Shown here one piece after another: positions 44,148-53,700 of a stretch of 64,000 bases of DNA. Positions within the stretch are counted from its first letter, which is position 1. Every line of letters begins with the position of its first letter. The notes under the pieces were generated by a model. It searched no databases and was not told the origin of the DNA. It was given only the letters and a program-made list of their open reading frames with translations. Made by a program: the position numbers and the translations under genes. The DNA is from an uncultured Verrucomicrobiae bacterium (GTDB lineage Bacteria > Verrucomicrobiota > Verrucomicrobiia > Limisphaerales > Palsa-1400): assembly GCA_963702845.1 (NCBI GenBank), contig OY969763.1, positions 5,376,001 to 5,440,000 on the forward strand. Reading direction: 5' to 3'.

Positions 44148-44431
44148 ACGTTGTCGCAGGCACTGCGCCGTTCACGAACGGTAAAGACAAACCCTTTCCT
44201 CCTTGCCGGACGGGCTAGTTGTTGGGCCTACGCAGCAATTAATTGAGACCTTGGCCTGCTGGGAGGTGTTTCGGAACTTCGAACGCGCGGTCATATCGGT
44301 AACGGGCCGCCTTTGACGCTGCGGCCCTGGGTGGTCGGGTTACACCTAATAGCGGATGGCAGCTTTATATCGTACGGTGTGAATGAAAGGGGTTATTACG
44401 ATGAATATTAATTCACTAACCCGCAAATTGT

Positions 44432-44617
44432 ATGAAAACTGATGATTCAAAAACCTTGCGGCGAGTAAAGTGGGATGAAGTCGTCAGGCAGGGCGACTTC
44501 GTCATTGCCGGAAAAGGTTTCGAGCCTTGGGAAGGGCCGACTGGTTTCCGAGCCGATTCGTTTCTGAAACCCATCTACCGCACGCGGCAGTCCATTCCAA
44601 CGCGACTTGAAAAATGA
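44432..44617 (+). CDS. Small hypothetical protein
   Basis: 61-aa ORF (GFEPWEGPTGFRADSF) following an AT-rich promoter-like region. Confidence 0.55.
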   Translation: MKTDDSKTLRRVKWDEVVRQGDFVIAGKGFEPWEGPTGFRADSFLKPIYRTRQSIPTRLEK

Positions 44618-44653
44618 AGGTTTAAAAAGATTAGCGAACGACTGCAAGTTGTT

Positions 44654-44830
44654 GTGAACTTTTTAAAGACAATACTCCTGACCTGCGTCCAATTAATCAA
44701 ACAGGTTTGGTTACTTCCCGAGACAATCCTGAACGCGTTCCGCATGCGAGAGCGGGCAATCGTATTGGATGAACGTGAAGCCGAACGGCTCGACCGGTTG
44801 CGCAATCCGTCAAAGTATCGAGGAAAATAA
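44654..44830 (+). CDS. Small hypothetical protein (58 aa, not in the ORF track)
   Basis: GTG start; MNFLKTILLTCVQLIKQVWLLPE...EAERLDRLRNPSKYRGK-stop. Confidence 0.55.
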   Translation: MNFLKTILLTCVQLIKQVWLLPETILNAFRMRERAIVLDEREAERLDRLRNPSKYRGK

Positions 44831-44863
44831 TCAGCCCAGAAAGCTGCGGCTCAATTGACACGC

Positions 44864-44900
44864 CACTACACGACCCAAGCTCAGCGCTCTTGTGTTAGGC
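44864..44900 (-). mobile_element. Degenerate, internally deleted attC site
   Basis: Minus strand GCCTAAC (contains the cassette stop codon) ... CGCTGAGCTTGGGTCGTGTAG. Confidence 0.55.
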
Positions 44901-45116
44901 GTTGCCGTCATCAGGACGTCCAGAAAAAAGTCGGCGGATCGTTTGTCCCTTCCACATCCACAGCCCCGAGAGGAGCACGACGGGAAAATAGAAATAACGA
45001 AAAAAAGGGAGATACTGCCGTGTCTCTTCTGGCGGCCCGTAAATGTAGCCAAGAAGCGTCAGGCCGAAGACGATGTGAATCCAGCGAAGAATCGAACGTT
45101 TGGTTGTGTCTTTCAT
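44895..45116 (-). CDS. Integron cassette: small two-TM membrane protein
   Basis: LRWIHIVFGLTLLGYIYGP...LSGLWMWKG; flanked by GTTAGGC and GCCTAAC. Confidence 0.75.
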   Translation of the reverse strand: MKDTTKRSILRWIHIVFGLTLLGYIYGPPEETRQYLPFFRYFYFPVVLLSGLWMWKGQTIRRLFSGRPDDGNA

Positions 45117-45172
45117 TGTGGATGAATGTGGTCTCGATTTTCTGTGCGAGTGTGGCGGCGTCTAACATTGGC

Positions 45173-45263
45173 GCCTAACACATAGCTCAGCGACCCGGCC
45201 CACGGGACGCACCGATTGCAACCAGAGCGCGCGTGCCGGGTTCGCTGCAGCGCATGGTTGGCG
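45173..45263 (-). mobile_element. Integron attC recombination site
   Basis: Minus strand CGCCAAC-CATG-CGCTGCAGCGAACCCGGC...GCCGGGTCGCTGAGC-TATGT-GTTAGGC; imperfect palindrome with extrahelical bases. Confidence 0.85.
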
Positions 45264-45286
45264 GCTGGTATCGCATCTCAAAATCC

Positions 45287-45580
45287 CTACTGCTCGTGAA
45301 CAAGCTTGTCATCTACAAAAACCCGATACACCACCTGCGGACGAAAGCTTGCGTAAAGTAATGGTCGCTGCTTCTCCAAGACAACCTTGTGTTTTTCTGC
45401 ACTGCCGACCATGAACTCATATCGGCGCGGCAGCCTGAAACTAAAACGTGTGAAAATGGATGGACTCTGCGGTGCAACCTGCCGACCGTCCACAATAGCC
45501 CCCGGCGAACCCGTTAACCAATTCTGGGAGAACTCAATTTTCGATTTTTCTTTGTCACCAACCTCAATTGTAAATCTCAT
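45287..45580 (-). CDS. Integron cassette: small beta-rich hypothetical protein
   Basis: 97 aa, AGGAG RBS, preceded by GTTGGGC and followed by attC; internal VG..EK.K repeat. Confidence 0.75.
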   Translation of the reverse strand: MRFTIEVGDKEKSKIEFSQNWLTGSPGAIVDGRQVAPQSPSIFTRFSFRLPRRYEFMVGSAEKHKVVLEKQRPLLYASFRPQVVYRVFVDDKLVHEQ

Positions 45581-45603
45581 AAATGCTCCTGACGCTCGAA
45601 GTC

Positions 45604-45675
45604 GCCCAACAATTAATATACGACAACTGTTCGCATAATTTTAATAGGCGAACAAGGGTTTTATGGGGGCGCGGA
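45604..45675 (-). mobile_element. Candidate attI-like site
   Basis: AT-rich, non-palindromic TATATTAATT-GTTGGGC before the first cassette; the flank TTAATAGGCGAACAAGGGTTTTAT is repeated at 49414. Confidence 0.5.
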
Positions 45676-46408
45676 TTTGGAGGACTTGCCGAACATGCCT
45701 TATTAACTCCTTCGTCGCCGCTGCGCGAAAGTGAGAGAGGCTTTGTGGTTTGTTTCCCAAGGTAGCGCCCCGCATCCCTCCGCACATCAGAACAAGTTAT
45801 TTTGGGGACGCTTGCGCGTGGCCCTGGGCTGAGTGCTGTAACGCCTTTGGCGTATCAGAACCCTGTCATAACTTTTTTTCTGGTCGAAAAATTGCGCGTC
45901 GATGCGCGCCTATCAACCTGATTTCTCATCTTGCCCGGCTCATCGGAACGTCACCCAGTCCGATTGTGGGGGAGATATTTTATTGTCCCGATGCTACTGT
46001 GCATTGAAATGACCACTCTTGGCTGCCAGCGTCACAAATTTCAGATCCAGTTCGTCGACTTTGAATGGATGGACTTGAAATCCAATCCTGATTTCATCAC
46101 GGCATGGAACACTGATCAATTCAGCGCTTGCGCAAAAATCGCACGACGCTTGTTCAATCGCGCCGTGCCGTGGCGCAACCGCAAAACATGTTCCTGAAAC
46201 GGAACACCCTCTTCGTAAGCCATCAGCGTAAAAGTCTGACAGGTTGTCGCAGGCACTGCGCCGTTCACGGCGTTAATCACGCGTGACATGTCGTGCGAAA
46301 CGGCCATACATATTGGCGGCGCGGGTGCGTTCAATGGACAGGTGAGCTACGTTGATTCCGGTTATCAGATCATGGGCATGCAGGCAGGTTGGACATGCCC
46401 ATTGCCCT

Positions 46409-49063
46409 ATGCCATCAACGAAAAATTCGGACTCACGCCCCCAGACTGCTGAGTTAATGCGGGACGCGGCGATGCAGGATGCCGCGACAATCTTGCAGCG
46501 CCTCGCGACATCGCTCAGCGGCTTGAGCGAAGAAGAAGCCGCGCGCCGGCTGGAAGCTTACGGCGTCAACGAAGTGGCGGAGGAACGACGGCACGGGTGG
46601 CTCGACCGATTCTGGCTCGCCGTTCGCAATCCGCTCGTCATCCTCCTGACTTTTCTTTCGATAGTTTCTTTCGCCACCGGCGACATGCGCGCGGGGGCAG
46701 TGATGATGTTGATGGTTATCCTCGGTGTTTCGCTACGCTTCGTGCAGGAAACGCGCGCGAACAAAGCCGCCGCGAAGCTCAAAGCGATGATCAGTGTCAC
46801 CGCGACGGTAGTGCGAGATGGGCAACAAAGAGAACTTCCACTGAAAGACCTCGTCCCTGGCGACATCATCAAACTGTGTTCCGGGGACATGGTTCCGGGA
46901 GACGTTCGACTCATCACAGCCAAGGACTTGTTCGTCACTCAAGCCACGCTTACGGGAGAATCTCTGCCGGTCGAAAAATCTGAAACTCCGGACACCCGAC
47001 CCAATCTTTCTCCCATCGAACGCAGCAATCTTTGTTTTCTCGGGACAAGCGTTGAATCAGGTTCGGCAACCGCGGTGATCATCGTGACGGGGCAGCACAC
47101 TTATTTTGGCCAGGTCGCGCGCAGCCTTGCCGACCAACCGGCCGATACGTCATTCGACAGAGGCGTCAAGAATTTCACCTGGATGATGATTCGTTTCATG
47201 TTGGTGATGGTCCCGTTGGTTTTCTTCATCAATGGTTTGACCAAGCACGATTGGAAAGAGGCGTTCTTCTTCGCGCTCGCCGTAGCAGTGGGGCTCACTC
47301 CAGAAATGTTGCCGATGATCGCCTCAGTGTGCTTATCCAAAGGCGCGATCGCGATGTCGCGCAAAAAAGTCATCGTCAAAAAACTCAACTCGATCCAGAA
47401 CTTCGGCGCGATGGACGTGTTGTGCACCGACAAAACGGGCACCCTCACCATCAACCACGTCATCCTCGAATTGTACGTGGACGTTTTTGGAAAGGAGAGT
47501 GAAGAGGTCCTTCGCGACGCTTACGTCATCAGCCATATCCAGACAGGACTTAAGAACGTCCTCGATCGCGCAATCCTCAAACACCAGGAGATACACCACG
47601 AATTGAACGTCGAGAAATATACCAAGCTCGACGAGTTGCCGTTCGATTTTTCGCGCCGAATGATGTCCGTGGTGGTCACCGATCCAGCCGGGCAAGCGCA
47701 ACTGTTCACCAAAGGCGCCCCCGAATCGGTCTTCGCCAAATGCACCCATTTTGAAAGTCAGGGAGAAATTTTTCCGATGGACCCGATTTTTGTCGGCGAC
47801 CTCATCGAAGAAGTCAACGATTTGTGCGAGGATGGATTTCGCGTCCTCGCCGTCGCCAGCAAGAACGTCGAGAAACGCGCCGTCTACACCAAAGATGACG
47901 AGTGCGAACTGGTCTTGACTGGTTATCTGGCTTTTCTTGATCCGCCTAAAGACAGCGCCCGCAAGGCGATTGAAGCACTGCGCCAGCATGGCGTCGCGGT
48001 CAAGGTCCTGACCGGCGACAACGACCTTGTCACACGCAAGGTTTGCAGTGAAGTCGGCATTCCCGCCGAAAAAATTGTGCTGGGCCACGAGGTCGAAACC
48101 ATGACCGATGCGCAATTATCGCAAGCGGTCGAAAGCGTCGACGTCTTCGCGCGACTTTCGCCCACGCACAAACAACGCGTCGTCAAAGCGCTGCAAAACA
48201 ACAAACACGTGGTCGGCTACATGGGTGATGGCATCAATGACGCCCCGGCATTGCGCGCGGCGGATGTCGGCATTTCGGTCGATAACGCCGTCGATATCGC
48301 AAAGGAATCGGCCGATATGATCCTGTTGGAAAAAAGTTTAATGGTGTTGGATGAAGGCGTCCTCGAAGGGCGCAAAGTCTTCGTCAACATCACGAAATAT
48401 GTTCGCATGGGGGCCAGCTCGAATTTCGGCAATATGTTCAGCGTCATCGGCGCGAGCGCCTGGCTTCCCTTCGTGCCCATGTCACCCATCCAGGTTCTGA
48501 CCAACAACTTGCTCTACGATTTTTCACAAGTGCCGATCCCAACGGACAACGTCGGCGAGCCACAGATCCAGCGGCCGCGACCGTGGAACATGGGCGAGAT
48601 CGGCAAGTTTATTGTCTTCATCGGCCCGATCAGTTCGATCTTCGACTACACCACCTATTTAATGATGTGGTTCGTATTCAAATGCAGCCAACTGACGCTG
48701 ATGCCACCGGCGGAACTAGGCGCGCGGTTTGCGCGCGTCACCTCACCAAACGCCACCTACGCCGCCGCATTGTTTCACACCGGGTGGTTCGTCGAGTCGC
48801 TCATGACGCAAACGCTGATTGTGCACGTCATCCGTACGAATCGTCTGCCCTTCATCCATTCGCGTGCGAGCTGGCAATTAACTATCACTACGGTGCTGAT
48901 CATGGCGATTGCAGCCTACTTACCGTATTCGCCACTCAGTGAAACGCTGGGTTTTGTTCCGCTGCCGCCTCTTTACTGGTTGTTATTGCTGCTCACGCTG
49001 ATTTGCTACGTGGCGTTCACCCAAATGGTAAAAACGCGGCTGCTACGAAAGTCCTGGATATAG
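46409..49063 (+). CDS. mgtA: Magnesium-translocating P-type ATPase
   Basis: LTGESLPVEK, AVGLTPEMLPMI, DKTGTLT, GDGINDAP, ASSNFGNMFS and TGWFVESL motifs. Confidence 0.96.
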   Translation: MPSTKNSDSRPQTAELMRDAAMQDAATILQRLATSLSGLSEEEAARRLEAYGVNEVAEERRHGWLDRFWLAVRNPLVILLTFLSIVSFATGDMRAGAVMMLMVILGVSLRFVQETRANKAAAKLKAMISVTATVVRDGQQRELPLKDLVPGDIIKLCSGDMVPGDVRLITAKDLFVTQATLTGESLPVEKSETPDTRPNLSPIERSNLCFLGTSVESGSATAVIIVTGQHTYFGQVARSLADQPADTSFDRGVKNFTWMMIRFMLVMVPLVFFINGLTKHDWKEAFFFALAVAVGLTPEMLPMIASVCLSKGAIAMSRKKVIVKKLNSIQNFGAMDVLCTDKTGTLTINHVILELYVDVFGKESEEVLRDAYVISHIQTGLKNVLDRAILKHQEIHHELNVEKYTKLDELPFDFSRRMMSVVVTDPAGQAQLFTKGAPESVFAKCTHFESQGEIFPMDPIFVGDLIEEVNDLCEDGFRVLAVASKNVEKRAVYTKDDECELVLTGYLAFLDPPKDSARKAIEALRQHGVAVKVLTGDNDLVTRKVCSEVGIPAEKIVLGHEVETMTDAQLSQAVESVDVFARLSPTHKQRVVKALQNNKHVVGYMGDGINDAPALRAADVGISVDNAVDIAKESADMILLEKSLMVLDEGVLEGRKVFVNITKYVRMGASSNFGNMFSVIGASAWLPFVPMSPIQVLTNNLLYDFSQVPIPTDNVGEPQIQRPRPWNMGEIGKFIVFIGPISSIFDYTTYLMMWFVFKCSQLTLMPPAELGARFARVTSPNATYAAALFHTGWFVESLMTQTLIVHVIRTNRLPFIHSRASWQLTITTVLIMAIAAYLPYSPLSETLGFVPLPPLYWLLLLLTLICYVAFTQMVKTRLLRKSWI

Positions 49064-49215
49064 AAGTTCCAGCGCGCGGCGAGGTGTCTTGAACTTTGCA
49101 CCCCCGATCGAGACGGGTCGTGGCAACCCAGTCATTGTCTCGCGACAAAACCAGCCGGAAAGAATGGTGTCAGAGCCCAACGAGGACGCCTTGCGAGCGA
49201 GGATGATAAAAACGG

Positions 49216-49409
49216 TTTGGGTAGGTAGTCCAGAAGCTGGGCGAAAACGGTGCGCCCTTCATTCATAAGGTGAAAACCCGCTGGCTGGCGGTAAAACACC
49301 TTTGAAAACCTGGCGTGAAATTGAAATCGAAAAACGTTCCTACAATGAGAAACCGCCGGTATTATCGACCCAAAATCACTGTCACTAGAAACTTAACCGG
49401 ACAGTAGTG
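49216..49409 (-). mobile_element. IS4-family remnant: terminal IR plus first 17 codons of transposase
   Basis: End sequence CACTACTGTCCGGTTAAG; MNEGRTVFAQLLDYLPK resembles a DUF4372-type IS4 transposase N-terminus. Confidence 0.75.
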
Positions 49410-49618
49410 AATCTTAATAGGCGAACAAGGGTTTTATAGGGGGCGCGCAGGTTTGCGGAACATGTCCGTGAAAATCACGCGCCCGCCGCGCCCGCCCGCC
49501 AAAAAAATATTTAGGGACGTTTTACCCAGGGTAGGTCCCTGTTGCCCTAACCAACCCTGGGCTGAGTTCTGTAACCCCTTCGGGGTTTCGGAGTAGCTTC
49601 GCGATTTTCGGAGAGCGG

Positions 49619-49683
49619 CACGGACTTTCACGGACGAACACGGACTGGCACGGAGATTTCAGATTTCAAATTTGAGATTTCGA
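49619..49683. repeat. Decamer (CACGGACNNN)x4 followed by heptamer (AGATTTC)-like x4
   Basis: Read directly from the sequence. Confidence 0.8.
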
Positions 49684-49735
49684 AGGCTGAGGAATACGGG
49701 CGAGGCGAAAGGCAGATGGGTGATCGGGAGGGTGC

Positions 49736-50410
49736 CTAAACAAACCGAATGGATGGTTTGTATTCGAACGTGGGTTTTTTGACTTCGAAAACTCTCCCCA
49801 GGAGCCAGTGGGTCGGCCAGTAGGCCAAAAGCCAGAGCGCACCAAGCCAGCCGATGACGTAAACGTTTTGGTTGATCCAGGTTTGCGGATGTTGATCGTT
49901 GAAGCCGTAAGTATAATTGAGATTGATCGGAATGTTGGGATCGGCCAGATGCGCGCCGGCGGGCGGCGTGAACCAATAGCAAATCAGCACGAGCGCGGCG
50001 GCCAGCGCGGTCCAGGCAATCAGCGCGCGTTTGTCGTAACCGAGCCGGCGCAGCAACCAGAGAAGTAACAGCGGCAGCCAGCCGTGAAACAAAGACAGCC
50101 CTCGCGTGAACAATGGCAGGTCGGAATCAAACATGTAAGTGGTCAAACCGAACAAGCGGAATCCCAGCAAGTGACTGCTGAAGTCCACGAGCCAAAGGCA
50201 TTGCGGAATGAGAATGCCGACGGCGCACATGCTGATGATGAGCGAACTTTCCATCCACATGCCCGCGACGGTGAGAATGAGCGCGGCATCGCAAAACCAC
50301 AAAAAATTCGTCGGCCCGTAAGAGTGCAAATAGACAGGGATGAGGACGGCAAGGAACGCAGTGACCGTTATCTTTGCGGTCAGTGGAATTTTTATGGGCG
50401 AGGCGTTCAA
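49736..50410 (-). CDS. Multi-pass membrane protein of unknown function
   Basis: YGPTNFLWFCD, RGLSLFHGWLP and NLNYTYG; probable TTG start overlapping the upstream stop. Confidence 0.8.
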   Translation of the reverse strand: MNASPIKIPLTAKITVTAFLAVLIPVYLHSYGPTNFLWFCDAALILTVAGMWMESSLIISMCAVGILIPQCLWLVDFSSHLLGFRLFGLTTYMFDSDLPLFTRGLSLFHGWLPLLLLWLLRRLGYDKRALIAWTALAAALVLICYWFTPPAGAHLADPNIPINLNYTYGFNDQHPQTWINQNVYVIGWLGALWLLAYWPTHWLLGRVFEVKKPTFEYKPSIRFV

Positions 50411-50628
50411 AGTGATGGAACTGCGTTTTGTCGCGGCGTCTCCATGTCCATCCCCAAGTAGCGGCAAATATGGTGGGCCTCGGCCACGTCGACGAAACTA
50501 AGCGCGTCTTTGACTTCAGGCGTCCAACGGTGGACGCCGCGGAAATAATCGCTGGTGTCGATGTCTTGCAAGAACACGCGGTTGTCCGGGTCGAGATTGG
50601 AGACGCAGAGGACGGTTCGGTTGGTCAT
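50407..50628 (-). CDS. Small hypothetical protein
   Basis: 73-aa ORF coupled to the downstream gene by a TTGA overlap. Confidence 0.5.
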   Translation of the reverse strand: MTNRTVLCVSNLDPDNRVFLQDIDTSDYFRGVHRWTPEVKDALSFVDVAEAHHICRYLGMDMETPRQNAVPSL

Positions 50629-50678
50629 AAAATATTTTCTTTCGTTTGAATTTGGTTTCAGTGACTGCCCCCTAAAGG

Positions 50679-50721
50679 GCCAACCGAAGGAGCAGAATTT
50701 CTTCCGCCGCCTTCGGTTGGC
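50679..50721 (-). terminator. Inverted repeat downstream of the giant gene (possible terminator)
   Basis: GCCAACCGAAGG...CCTTCGGTTGGC 12-bp stem. Confidence 0.4.
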
Positions 50722-50745
50722 TGGGCACCTGGTGTTATTTAATCG

Positions 50746-53700
50746 TTATGGCGCGGCTTGAAACATGACGCGTCCGTTATCGTTGGTGCCGGGGAAGTAA
50801 CCCGCACCGAGGTTGGCCTTCTGCAAGACTGCTCCGCCGAAGGTCGTGCGATGGGTCGTGCCGGGTTCAACGAATGTTCCGCTGAACATTCCGCTGGAGA
50901 GCGTGAAGTAGAGCGTCACTTTGTTGATGCCGGCGCTGGTGACTTTGCTTCCGCTGCCGAGGGTGACGTCATTGTCCGAGGCTTCGGACAAGTTTCCTCC
51001 GCTGAGGCTGACGACACCGTTGGTGATGTTGAGCACGCGAGTGGCCAGGCCAATCGGCGCGACGTAACGGGAACCGGTTGATTCGGCGTCGGTCGCAAAA
51101 CCGGCGGCGAAGAGTCGGCTCGTGGCAACGGCGGGACGGATCCAGCTCAGTCGGCCGGAGACGTCGTCGCTGGTGCGGTTGGTGAATGTCAACCAACCCA
51201 ACAGTGAACCGCGTCCGGCATACAGCGAGACATAGACCGGCCATTCACCATTTTTGGAGATGGCTGAGGATTGCGAGACGTGTGTGCCGTCGGCGAGTGT
51301 TCCTGTGAGGAGCACTGTGCCATTAGCGTTGACTGTGACTGCGGCGTAGCCGTCGCCTTGACGTGAGACGGTCTTGCCGACATTGCCAGGGATGACGACG
51401 GTGTATTTTCCGGCCTGCAGTGCCGGCTGGGTGCGTGCATCGAAGGTGCCGCGATCGCCAGCGAGTAATGAGACCCATTTACCGTCGCTGACCGTGCCGG
51501 AGATGCTGTCGGAATTATCCAACGCAACATTCCAGTTGGCGGCGAGTGCAGTGGCGCCGGGGCGTGTGACGGAGCTGTTGCCAGTTCCATCAACGTTCAA
51601 GCGGCCGCTGGTGACGTAGCGTTTGCCTTCAGAGGAGAGCGCTGCGGTGTAAGCACCCTGGTCGCTGAGGACGAGAGTGAATGCGCCGGAGTTGGCGTTT
51701 TCGACTGAGGCCGCTCCCATGAACAGGCCGTTGAACGTGCCTTTGGCGCGGAGGAACGGATTAGGCACGAAGTTCGCGGTGATATAGACCCCGCCTTGCA
51801 TCGTGAAGGTCAGCACAGTTTGGCTGGAAGCTCCTGGGACACCTGTCCAGCTTGCCAACACCTGGCCTGTGCCAGGTTTCGCTGTGAGCGTGTAGGTCTT
51901 GCCGATCTGGAGGAATTGTCCGTCCAGGTTTGGAGTGACTGTTCCAATGCCGGTCGTGAAGAGGCGGAATTGGGCGAGCGTGATGGCTTTGATCGGACCG
52001 GCGCAATTGGCGGAGGCGACGGCTGTGCGTCCCTGGCAAGTGTCAGTGCCGCGGGCAGTGATGACTTCCGTTGCAGGATGCGTTGCCAATGTCATCGTAT
52101 AACTACCGCTGAAGTCCTCTGATTCACCGGGCGCGAGTTCGATCGGCCCGAGCAAGACAGTGTTCGTAACGGGGTAGCTGCTAACAACATAGACGTTGGT
52201 CAGGACGATATTGCCGGTGTTAGTGACCGAACCGGTGAACGCATACAAGCCGCCGAGAGGCACTGTGCCGGACGGACAGTTCTTGAACACTGCAATGAGC
52301 GGTGTCGTGAGCAACGGACATTCAGCGGACGAGGTCGCGGACACTGTGTCGCCTGAGCAACGGTCCTGGCCGGTGGCGGTGAGCGTGTCAACAATCTGGC
52401 AGCAGCAGAGCGGAGCTGTGTAAGTGTTACTGAAGCTTGCCGTGCCACCAGGAACGAGCGTGATAGGTCCGATAACCGGCGTATTGTTCGTCGGCATATC
52501 GTCAACCACGAACACGTTGGTGAGCGTTACATTTCCAGTATTGGTCACAGTGCCAGTGAATGTATAAGGCGCGCCGCGCGGAGTCGGGAACTGCGGGCAG
52601 TTCTTGATGACTGCGATTGCAGGGAGCGTCGCTTTGACAGGGCAGGTCGTCGTCACGCTATTGGAAACAGCGGATTGCGAGCATGCGTCGAATCCGATGG
52701 CAGTGACAGTGTCGTTGCCGCAGAAGTCTGCGATAACCGTGTAGGAACCGGTGTATTCAACGACTTCTCCCGGTGCGAGGGTGATGGGGCCGAACACGCG
52801 GGTGTTGTTGCGAGGCTGGGTGTTCACGATGGTCACGTTGACCAGGGTGATGTCGCCGGAGTTACTGACGCTGCCGCTATAGTGCAACACATCGCCAGGA
52901 TTGGTGATCGTTGGAGGACATTGTTTCGTAACAACGATTGCGGGCGTCGTGAGCACCGGACACGTTTTCGTATCGGTGTCGCTAACGATCATTCCGGTGC
53001 AAGGCACAACGCCTGTTGCGGTTGCCGTGCTGGACTGCGAGCAGCAGTTCAACGGCACATGATAGCTGCCGCTGAAGGTTGCGCTTGCGCCAGGGGCGAG
53101 GATGGGAACCGTCAGGATCGGCGCGGAGCCGCTGCGGTTATTGTAGACGAGGACGTTCGTCAGTGTGACGGTGCCGTCATTGGCCACGATGCCGGTGTAA
53201 TTCATTATACCACCGGGGCTCGGCGCGGTTGCGGGGCAGAACTGGGTGACTTCGATGCTCGGAAGTCCGCCGGTGACGGGGCAAGTGGTCGTTGCGGAGT
53301 TGCTTGCGATCGTGCCGTTACAATCGGCGCCGGTCGCAGTCGCGGTCGTAGTGACGGAGCAAGCTTCCGGAGGGACAACATAGGTTCCGACGAAGTTCGC
53401 TGTGGCGTTCGGCGCGAGTGAAGCGATCGTCGTTACCGGCGAACTGCCGGTGCGGTCGGTAGTCACGACGATGTTGGTGATTGTGACGTTACCGGTGTTT
53501 TTGACGCTGCCGGTAAATGCTAACGGGCTGCCTCCGCCGACCGGGACTGTCGAGCAGTTCAGGTTAACGACCAGGCGTGGATTCGTTGTGAGTGGGCAAG
53601 TTGCCGACGCTGTGTTTGTGATCGAACGCGAGGTGCAAACATCCGTGCCTCGGGCACTGACCGTGCTCGTGACGGAGCAGGAATTAGCCGGCGCAGTGAA

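Noticed and set aside
46270..46408. Mg-sensing leader (M-box or mgtL-like) before mgtA
   Set aside because: No M-box consensus or convincing Pro-rich leader peptide was recognised.
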